Assembly (NCBI GenBank): GCA_903859375.1
Contig: CAIOMK010000033.1
Span: forward strand, 1-51,601
Reading direction: 5' to 3'
DNA length: 51,601 nt
Source of the DNA: Candidatus Moraniibacteriota bacterium
GTDB taxonomy: Bacteria > Patescibacteriota > Minisyncoccia > Moranbacterales > UBA1568
Shown here: positions 35,840-42,434 of the stretch, one piece after another
Position numbering within the stretch: the first letter of the stretch is position 1
Layout of the letters: every line of letters begins with the position of its first letter
The notes under the pieces: generated by a model
The model's input: only the letters and a program-made list of their open reading frames with translations
Told to the model about the DNA's origin: nothing
Database searches by the model: none
Made by a program: the position numbers and the translations under genes

Positions 35840-36637
35840 ATGACGATGCCGATGAATCTTGTCCTGGTCAGACATGGTGAGTCTGAAGGCAATCTTGCCA
35901 CGAAGCTGTCCAAAAAAGGTGATGACAGCATGTTCACCAAGGCGTTCATGAAACGTCACAGCTCTACCTGGCGACTGACGGAAAAGGGAAAATCGCAGGC
36001 GCATGTCGCCGGAGAATGGATCAAAAACACTATCGGTGATTCCTTCGAGCGTTGCTATGTCTCGGAGTATGACCGGGCCAAGGAAACGGCGGCGTTGCTT
36101 GACCTTCCCGATGCCCGGTGGATGGTGACCCACTATCTGCGGGAGCGTGACTGGGGAGCTCTGGATGTGTTGCCTTTCAAGGAAAGGAGAAAGACATTCG
36201 CGGAAAATCTTCGCAGGAAAGAGATGGATCCCTTCTACTGGACTCCGACCGGTGGCGAATCGATTTCGACGCTGTGTCTGCGTCTCGAAAAAATTCTCGA
36301 TACACTTCATCGCAAGTGTGGCGGGAAGGATGCCATGCTCGTCGCGCATGGCGAGGTTATCTGGGGTTTCCGATACATACTCGAGCGGATGACCAACTCG
36401 GAAGTCAGGAGACTGGAGCAGTCGGATGATCCTTATGACAGGATCTATAACGGTCAGGTCATCCACTATACGAGGGTGGATCCCGTGACAGGGGAGGTCA
36501 GGCCGTATCTGTCCTGGGTGCGCTCGATCTGCCCCGACAATCTCACCCGTTCAAACAATGGATGGAAAGAGATCCAGTGGAAGAAATTTTCCAACGCGGA
36601 GCTTTTGCGGGAAGTCGAACTCAGGCACAACACATGA
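35840..36637 (+). CDS. Histidine phosphatase superfamily protein (phosphoglycerate mutase-like)
   Basis: LVLVRHGESEGN catalytic RHG motif at the N-terminus. SD AAAGGAGAG lies upstream. A later VAHGEVI motif is present. Confidence 0.85.
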   Translation: MTMPMNLVLVRHGESEGNLATKLSKKGDDSMFTKAFMKRHSSTWRLTEKGKSQAHVAGEWIKNTIGDSFERCYVSEYDRAKETAALLDLPDARWMVTHYLRERDWGALDVLPFKERRKTFAENLRRKEMDPFYWTPTGGESISTLCLRLEKILDTLHRKCGGKDAMLVAHGEVIWGFRYILERMTNSEVRRLEQSDDPYDRIYNGQVIHYTRVDPVTGEVRPYLSWVRSICPDNLTRSNNGWKEIQWKKFSNAELLREVELRHNT

Positions 36638-36643
36638 TGAAAA

Positions 36644-36685
36644 AAACGACGGATCACGAATGTGATTCCGTCGTTTGTTTTTTCC
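36644..36685 (+). terminator. Intrinsic terminator of the histidine phosphatase gene
   Basis: acgacggatcac-gaat-gtgattccgtcgt stem (one bulge) followed by ttgtttttt. Confidence 0.85.
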
Positions 36686-36860
36686 GGGTGCTTCCGTGTG
36701 TATCCTATTTTGTTCCATCTCATCTTGTTCCGTCCTCTTCGTCTTTGCGACCCCGCCAGTCGTGCAGGTCGGGGAGAAGCACTTCGCTGGAAGTGGTCGA
36801 TGACAGCCGGATTGTGGCTTAAAAATCCGAGGACCGTCCTCGGAGAAGGGGTGGAAGGAT

Positions 36861-36934
36861 AAGGGGAGAGGAGGAGGAAAGGGAAGGAATATTATGCCAT
36901 AAAAGTTGAAATTCTCTCCGAGGACCGTCCTCGG
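36861..36934 (+). repeat. 74-bp direct repeat, copy 2
   Basis: See 35516-35589. An extra copy of the ccgaggaccgtcctcgg palindrome lies at about 36827-36843. Confidence 0.9.
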
Positions 36935-36988
36935 AGGGAATGTCAGTGTGAAAAGCGGATTGTGCTGAAATCGAAAAAGCGGATGGAA

Positions 36989-37014
36989 CACCCGCTTGAA
37001 ATGCGGGTTTTTTG
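36989..37014 (+). terminator. Orphan intrinsic terminator (no annotated upstream gene)
   Basis: acccgc-ttgaaat-gcgggt stem followed by a T6 run. The preceding gene already has its own terminator at 36644-36685. Confidence 0.6.
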
Positions 37015-37164
37015 GTGGTGAAATCGGAAAAATGGGTATTGGGGATATGTTTTGGCTTGCTTTGTTTTGATGCTGGTCTTTTTGGCTCTATTGGCGTACA
37101 ATGGCGGCACGAAGCAAAGGGCTTGGGAATGGCCCCACTTAAATGTAAGGTGAGCGGTTTTACT

Positions 37165-38382
37165 ATGTTATACCGTCATCGATATTTCCGGCTCGATGTA
37201 GAGGCCGTGACCGTTTTCGACGAGAACGGAAAACAACTTTCCTTTACCAATCACCTTTTCCGGGCGCTTCTCTTTCTTTGCGAACACGACAAGGCGGGAA
37301 TCGACGAGCTCGGTGATTTCATAAGCGGCGGAGAGACCGATCGGCTCTATACGCACAACTCGATCCGTCAGTATCAATACCGGATAAACCAGGTCATCGG
37401 GCACGATGTCGTCTTGTACAAGAAGCAGGAATTTTTCATCAACGGGGAATTTCTGACGGACGACAGCCCGCCATCGCAGACGACGCCTGAAACCGATACT
37501 GCCGAGCAAGAACCCGTTCTTGCCGTGCCGACCGATGTCGGATTCGCTTTCCTGAAAAGACGCGTCATCATCGGCGCATCGATTTTTTTCATGTTGGTCG
37601 TGTCGGCCGCCATAATAGTGTTGTTCCAAAACCCGGTCGGTTTCGCGAAGCCGGCGTCGGCCATGGTGACGATACCGGCGGGGGATTTCATCATGGGAAG
37701 TACTGAGGAACAGGCGCTCGAAGCTTTCCGATTGAACGATGGGAATTTCGACAAGGCCGGCTATCTCTCCGAATATCCGCAACGGACCGTGACTCTCGGG
37801 GAATATGATATCGACCGGAAGGAAGTCTCGAACGCCGAATATCGGATGTTCGTCGATGCGACGAATCGCGCCGAGCCGACACCGTGGTCGGATCAGAAAT
37901 CGAACGACGCGATCCAGCCGGTTACGGGAGTGGATTGGAACGATTCGACCGCCTATTGCGAATGGCTCGGCAAGCGGCTCCCGACCGAGGCCGAGTGGGA
38001 AAAGGCCGCCCGTGGTATCGACGGTCGGATATGGCCGTGGGGCAACACCTGGGACCCGACCAAAGATAACCATGGCAATGGGAGTGAGTTCGGCTTCGAC
38101 ACTTCCGATGGGTTCCGATATTCCGCTCCTGTGGGGAGCGACCTGGGTGTCAGCCCGTTCGGCATCCTCAATATGGCCGGCAATGTTTATGAATGGACGG
38201 CGGATGACTTCGCCCCATATCCCGGCAACGACAAATACGTGCACCCTTATTATTTCGAAGCGTACAAGGTCTTCAAGGGCGGAGCCTACACCGATGGCCC
38301 CATGGAACAAAGACCCGCATCCCGAGTCGGTCATGCCAAGGATTTTCGGGAAGAAGATATCGGATTCCGTTGCGCGAGATAA
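37165..38382 (+). CDS. Membrane protein with an extracytoplasmic FGE-sulfatase (SUMF1-like) domain and a putative N-terminal CadC/ToxR-like winged-helix domain
   Basis: C-terminal motifs MVTIPAGDFIMGS, RLPTEAEWEKAARG, NVYEWTAD and IGFRCAR. One central TM segment (VIIGASIFFMLVVSAAIIVLF). The N-terminal 100 aa fit the pattern F.LD....V......L.....F..L.FL (inference). The start is uncertain: 37129 or 37165 ATG, while the ORF track starts at GTG 37012. Confidence 0.8.
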   Translation: MLYRHRYFRLDVEAVTVFDENGKQLSFTNHLFRALLFLCEHDKAGIDELGDFISGGETDRLYTHNSIRQYQYRINQVIGHDVVLYKKQEFFINGEFLTDDSPPSQTTPETDTAEQEPVLAVPTDVGFAFLKRRVIIGASIFFMLVVSAAIIVLFQNPVGFAKPASAMVTIPAGDFIMGSTEEQALEAFRLNDGNFDKAGYLSEYPQRTVTLGEYDIDRKEVSNAEYRMFVDATNRAEPTPWSDQKSNDAIQPVTGVDWNDSTAYCEWLGKRLPTEAEWEKAARGIDGRIWPWGNTWDPTKDNHGNGSEFGFDTSDGFRYSAPVGSDLGVSPFGILNMAGNVYEWTADDFAPYPGNDKYVHPYYFEAYKVFKGGAYTDGPMEQRPASRVGHAKDFREEDIGFRCAR

Positions 38383-38603
38383 TCAATTCGTTTCATTTTG
38401 ATCTGTGCCGTCCCGAGCGTGTCAGGTGAAGGTCCCATAACAAAGAAAATTTTGCGTACGAACGTACGGATTTCCAGAATATGATAAAAATGACAGGAAT
38501 CTGCGGACAGATAAAAAAAGAGTGGATCCGAATAAAAAGGCAGTCATATTTTCCGGTCCAAGCGCTTGCGTGAAAGGTCTCTTTTCGGGTAGAGTACATA
38601 TAT

Positions 38604-39104
38604 ATGAAACCTCCAGTCTGGAAACCGCTCTATCTTTTGCTCCGTCTGTTCGGCGCGCCGGTCGTATGGGAAGTGTCCGCGGGCGCGGCGGTGTTCCGTG
38701 TCAAAGACGGACGACGCCTGTATCTCGTGCTCCGCTATCCGAGCGGTCATTTTGATTTCCCCAAGGGACATGTCGAGAAAGGTGAGACCGAGGAAGAGGC
38801 GCTTCGTCGGGAGACCGAAGAGGAAACAGGCATCAGGACACTGCGCATTCTTCGCGGTCGCGAGAGTATCCGGTATTTCTATTCCGCCAAGGGTGAGGAA
38901 CGGGAGAAACGGCTCCGTACCGGACGGGGATTGTGGATCTTCAAGGCCGTACATTTCCGACCAGCGGAAACGACCGAATCCAAAGTCAGGATTTCCGATG
39001 AGCATATCGGTTTCGAATGGCTCCCATATGATGAGGCTCGGCGCCGGCTTACCTTCGAGAATGCGCGTCGCGTACTCGATATGGCGGAGAAATCCGCAAA
39101 ATAG
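38604..39104 (+). CDS. NUDIX hydrolase
   Basis: Nudix box GHFDFPKGHVEKGETEEEALRRETEEETG. Confidence 0.9.
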   Translation: MKPPVWKPLYLLLRLFGAPVVWEVSAGAAVFRVKDGRRLYLVLRYPSGHFDFPKGHVEKGETEEEALRRETEEETGIRTLRILRGRESIRYFYSAKGEEREKRLRTGRGLWIFKAVHFRPAETTESKVRISDEHIGFEWLPYDEARRRLTFENARRVLDMAEKSAK

Positions 39105-39131
39105 GAGGAAGGGAACAATACGTGTACCGAC

Positions 39132-39163
39132 AAGGGATGCCGAAGTGAGGCATTCCTTTTTTG
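39132..39163 (+). terminator. Intrinsic terminator of the NUDIX gene
   Basis: aagggatgcc-gaagtga-ggcattcctt stem followed by ttttg. Confidence 0.8.
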
Positions 39164-39187
39164 TCTGTAAAATGCGATCTGAAAATA

Positions 39188-39215
39188 TTGACAAAATGAT
39201 AAAAAACGGTATAAT
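39188..39215 (+). promoter_or_regulatory. Consensus sigma-70 promoter
   Basis: TTGACA (39188-39193), a 16-nt spacer, then TATAAT (39210-39215). Confidence 0.75.
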
Positions 39216-39221
39216 AATCAA

Positions 39222-39372
39222 GTAACTATGGCATGGAATCGTCCGCGGACGGCTTGGGATATGATATCCCGATTGCCGACCGGAACGCTTCCTATGACAC
39301 TCTCCATCCGGTCGGAGTCGGCCGGACGGACATCTGTTGTTTCACAATACTATCAAGAGGGAGGGACTCATA
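39222..39372 (+). promoter_or_regulatory. Long structured 5' leader (about 150 nt) of unknown class
   Basis: It lies between the consensus promoter and the SD (GGGAGGG) for the ATG at 39373. It contains palindrome gtccgcggac, hairpin gggatat-g-atatccc, and an 8-bp helix ccgaccgg (39275-39282) with ccggtcgg (39309-39316). Confidence 0.3.
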
Positions 39373-39903
39373 ATGGAAACTCAGGATACGCCGATAAGCC
39401 TGGTCGGATCGTTCGTCATGGATGGTCCGCAACGAGATACAGGCATCGCCTTGGCGGAATACTTCAGTACGAAGGACGGATTGAAGCCGTGGGAAAGTTT
39501 CGAACGAAATATCATCCCGCAAATTTCTCAGAACGCCGACACGACGTTGCTCGCCGGTCCGATGTGTGTGGACTGTTACGATGTACACGAAGAAATGTTG
39601 GACTGGGAAATTCACGAGAGGTTACCGGAGGGCCATGTATTCGAGTTGGTGGAATGCCTGTTTCTTATCAGATGGCTCCTCCTCAAGCAAGTCGACGGTG
39701 TGTTGGGGGGCATGTTCACTTCGGGACGGGCCAATCTGTTTTATGTGAAGGGAGCTTCCGACGACATACTGGCGATAAGCGTGTTTTGGGATGATGTCGG
39801 CGATACGTGGGGCATCGACATGTGGACATTGAAAGAGAGCGCCCAATGGCTGCCCGGCTCACGTGTCTTCGCTCTCCTGAGGAGATTGTTCGTTCTCGTT
39901 TGA
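39373..39903 (+). CDS. Hypothetical protein (176 aa)
   Basis: SD GGGAGGG lies 7 nt upstream of the ATG (METQDTPISL). A terminator follows. No family recognised. Confidence 0.6.
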   Translation: METQDTPISLVGSFVMDGPQRDTGIALAEYFSTKDGLKPWESFERNIIPQISQNADTTLLAGPMCVDCYDVHEEMLDWEIHERLPEGHVFELVECLFLIRWLLLKQVDGVLGGMFTSGRANLFYVKGASDDILAISVFWDDVGDTWGIDMWTLKESAQWLPGSRVFALLRRLFVLV

Positions 39904-39919
39904 GAACCCGGAATCGTCG

Positions 39920-39952
39920 GATCCCCGTGTCACTTGTGCGGGGATCTTTTTC
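39920..39952 (+). terminator. Intrinsic terminator
   Basis: gatccccg...cggggatc 8-bp stem followed by a T5 run. Confidence 0.8.
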
Positions 39953-40042
39953 TATCCGAATCGTCCGGTGACCGTCTGGCCGTGTCTTGTTGACTAAATG
40001 CGAAAAATAGGGGATAGTGGACAGACAGTGATACGAACGCGT

Positions 40043-40276
40043 ATGAAAGACTTGAATCCGACATTTCATGAGGATTCCACACAGGAGCTCTTTTCGGAGC
40101 TTCGTGGACGCGTGAGGTTCGAGGGTATCGAGACATACGGGGAATACCGTGAACTCGTGCAGGAGCTGATCCAGGAGAAAGTGAGTGAGGGCGTCTTCGA
40201 TATCAATGAGGACCTGCCGACCATCGAAATGGATCTCCAGGGACGCTGGACGGAGATCGAGGCGACACTCCGATAG
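40043..40276 (+). CDS. Hypothetical small acidic protein (77 aa)
   Basis: A TTGACT-17-GATAGT promoter-like sequence lies at about 39981-40009. The ORF reads MKDLNPTFHEDSTQELF...; the start choice is uncertain (the ORF track starts at 39998). Confidence 0.45.
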   Translation: MKDLNPTFHEDSTQELFSELRGRVRFEGIETYGEYRELVQELIQEKVSEGVFDINEDLPTIEMDLQGRWTEIEATLR

Positions 40277-40283
40277 GAGCGCC

Positions 40284-40328
40284 ACACGTCACACGTCGAA
40301 AGCGGGAACAGGGATCGGGAAAGAAAAG
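40284..40328 (+). repeat. Heptad array grading into G-tracts
   Basis: cacgtca cacgtcg aaagcgg gaacagg gatcggg aaagaaa, with period 7. It follows the stop of the 40043..40276 gene. Confidence 0.65.
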
Positions 40329-40360
40329 CCCGATTACCCGTTTTAGATTCTTGATTCCAT

Positions 40361-40396
40361 TTTTTTCACTTCTCATTTTCATTTTACGTTTTCATT
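40361..40396 (+). repeat. T-rich heptad array abutting the ABC-F start codon
   Basis: tttcact tctcatt ttcattt tacgttt tcatt then ATG. No SD is present. Confidence 0.65.
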
Positions 40397-42070
40397 ATGC
40401 TTACCGTCCGAAATATTTATAAACGTTATGGTCCGATCCGGGTATTGCTCGGGGCTGATTTTTCGATTGCACGCGGGCAGAAGGTTGCGCTCGTCGGAGC
40501 GAACGGTGTCGGCAAGTCGACCCTGTTGAAAATCATCGCGGGCGTGGAAAAGGAAGATCGTGGCGAAGTGGTCCGTGAACGCTATGCACGCATCTCGTAT
40601 CTTCCGCAGGAACTCTCTGATGAGGAGATAGATGATACGGCTCTCGGATATCTGAGGCGCATCTCTGGTATAGCGGAACTCGAGACCGAAATGACGGAGC
40701 TCGAGACGAAACTTGAGAATGAACAGTCGCTCGAACGCTATGGGGAACTCCGTGAGCGGTATGACCGCATGGACGGATATTCGTTCGACAAGAAGGCGAA
40801 GGAAGCACTCGTCGGCCTCGGCCTCGGTGCGAAATTCCTCTCCCGGAACCTCTCTGGTATCAGCGGAGGCGAACGTCGCCGGGTTGCGCTCGCGGCGGCA
40901 CTGCTTTCCGAAGACGATCTCCTTTTGCTCGACGAACCGACCAACGACCTCGACCTGTCCGCTATCTTGTGGCTCGAATCGTATATCATACGGAGTGCTT
41001 CGGCTATCCTGATCTCTTCGCATGACCGGGCGTTTCTCGATGCGGTCTCAGACAAAGTCCTCGAGATCGATTGGCATTTCCGTACGACGCGGATGTGGAC
41101 CGGAAACTACAGTCTCTATTTCAAGGAAAAGGCGGAAGAGCTCCGTCGCGATCGGGAAGACTATGAGCGTTCGGAAGAGGAGCGCGTCCGATTGTATGAC
41201 ACGGCGGATGAGAAGCGCGAATGGGCGCGCATCGGCGGGGAGCAGATGATGCCGGACAAGGACCGCATGTCCCAAGGCTATCATCGTGACCGATCGGAGC
41301 GGAAGTTCGGTGCGGCGGCGCATGCGCTCACGACCAGGGCCGGTCAGGTGAAACGGGTGAAGATCGCGGCGGCACGTGATCCGCTCGCCGTATTTTTCGA
41401 GGCGGCGGAAGGGGAAGGTCGCGATGTCACGATCAAAGGCGCGGTCGCGGGATATGGCGGGGATTTTTCCGCGGGCCCGATCGATCTCGTCATCTCATAC
41501 GGAACGCACCTTGGATTGTTCGGACGCAACGGTTCCGGAAAATCCACCATCCTGAAAATGATCGCCGGCACACTTCCTCTTTCGGCAGGGACGGTCACGC
41601 TCGGCAAAGACGTGAAACTCGGCGTGCTTACGCAGGAGAACGACATGCTCCCGAAGGAACTGTCGGCACTCGAATGGTTTGCGGAGAAGACGCCTATCAC
41701 GGAGGAGGACGACATCATCCGATTCATGCGGAAGTTTCTCCTTATCGGCGATGTGGCATCGTTCAAGATGGGCGAGCTTTCCCCGGGTGAACGTATGCGA
41801 CTCTCTCTGGCATTCCTGATGGCGACCAAGTCGAATGTACTCATCCTCGACGAGCCGACGAATCACCTCGACCTCGAGGCGGTCTCGGCACTGTCCGCGG
41901 CGGTGGACCTGTTCCCGGGTACCGTCATCCTCGTCTCGCATGATCGCGCGTTCCTTTCGAGCAGGAACTTCTCACAGGTACTCTCTGTCGACGCCGGGAA
42001 AATTATCGTCGAGAAAAACTACGTCGCGTATCTCGACAAGGCGATACATGACGCGGAGAAAGGTATCTGA
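40397..42070 (+). CDS. ABC-F family ATPase (two ABC domains, no TM domain)
   Basis: Walker A GANGVGKST and GRNGSGKST. Signatures LSGGERRR and LSPGERMR. Walker B LLLLDEPTN and VLILDEPTN. A charged inter-domain linker is present. Confidence 0.92.
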   Translation: MLTVRNIYKRYGPIRVLLGADFSIARGQKVALVGANGVGKSTLLKIIAGVEKEDRGEVVRERYARISYLPQELSDEEIDDTALGYLRRISGIAELETEMTELETKLENEQSLERYGELRERYDRMDGYSFDKKAKEALVGLGLGAKFLSRNLSGISGGERRRVALAAALLSEDDLLLLDEPTNDLDLSAILWLESYIIRSASAILISSHDRAFLDAVSDKVLEIDWHFRTTRMWTGNYSLYFKEKAEELRRDREDYERSEEERVRLYDTADEKREWARIGGEQMMPDKDRMSQGYHRDRSERKFGAAAHALTTRAGQVKRVKIAAARDPLAVFFEAAEGEGRDVTIKGAVAGYGGDFSAGPIDLVISYGTHLGLFGRNGSGKSTILKMIAGTLPLSAGTVTLGKDVKLGVLTQENDMLPKELSALEWFAEKTPITEEDDIIRFMRKFLLIGDVASFKMGELSPGERMRLSLAFLMATKSNVLILDEPTNHLDLEAVSALSAAVDLFPGTVILVSHDRAFLSSRNFSQVLSVDAGKIIVEKNYVAYLDKAIHDAEKGI

Positions 42071-42098
42071 CCATCCGTCGGATAAAATCGGAAACAAA

Positions 42099-42138
42099 AA
42101 AAGAGGCTGTCTCATGCGGGACAGCCTCTTTTTTTTCA
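42099..42138 (+). terminator. Intrinsic terminator of the ABC-F gene
   Basis: aagaggctgtc...gacagcctctt 11-bp stem followed by a T8 run. Confidence 0.9.
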
Positions 42139-42149
42139 TGCGGAGAAAG

Positions 42150-42181
42150 GAAAATAAAAAAGCAACCCGCGTGCAGGTTGC
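42150..42181 (-). terminator. Intrinsic terminator for the minus-strand mini-transcript
   Basis: gcaacc...ggttgc stem. On the minus strand it is followed by ttttttatttt. Confidence 0.6.
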
Positions 42182-42213
42182 CTGTAAGGGAATCACCTTT
42201 TTGGTGATAAACC

Positions 42214-42297
42214 CTATTTTTTCCAGAGGCTTACGATGAAGATGTATACATTCGTAATCCGGATCCTGATGCGGAATATGAAATAACGTATACCCAT
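42214..42297 (-). CDS. Candidate 27-aa hydrophobic/arginine-rich peptide (MGIRYFIFRIRIRITNVYIFIVSLWKK)
   Basis: Hand translation. AAGGAA lies 5 nt upstream of the ATG, an extended -10 lies about 50 nt upstream, and a hairpin plus terminator lie downstream. It is below the ORF-track cutoff. Confidence 0.3.
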   Translation of the reverse strand: MGIRYFIFRIRIRITNVYIFIVSLWKK

Positions 42298-42350
42298 GCC
42301 TGTTCCTTGTTTTTGACTATCGTTTGAAAATACAGCAGTTACGTTTTTAA

Positions 42351-42359
42351 ATTATAGCA
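42351..42359 (-). promoter_or_regulatory. Extended -10 promoter (TGCTATAAT) on the minus strand
   Basis: The reverse complement of 42351-42359 reads TGCTATAAT. It is divergent from secD. Confidence 0.5.
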
Positions 42360-42434
42360 CCTTTTTGCTTTCATGTCAACTCTTCACAAGGGGAAAGAAT
42401 GCGTCTATACTGCGCATATAACGTTCTCACCATC

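Noticed and set aside
37168-38334. 388-aa minus-strand ORF opposite the FGE-domain gene
   Set aside because: It is a shadow ORF. The plus strand carries the clear FGE-sulfatase motifs.
37165-38382. FGE/C-type-lectin-like domain as a diversity-generating retroelement (DGR) target
   Set aside because: No reverse transcriptase ORF (no YxDD-type motif in any frame I read) is present. No second copy of the gene's 3' end that could serve as a template repeat is visible in the window.
39228-39794. 188-aa ORF in an alternative frame starting right after the consensus promoter
   Set aside because: It has Arg/Gly/Ser-rich composition without motifs and overlaps the SD-preceded 39373 frame. I treated the region 39222-39372 as leader instead. 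This call is uncertain.
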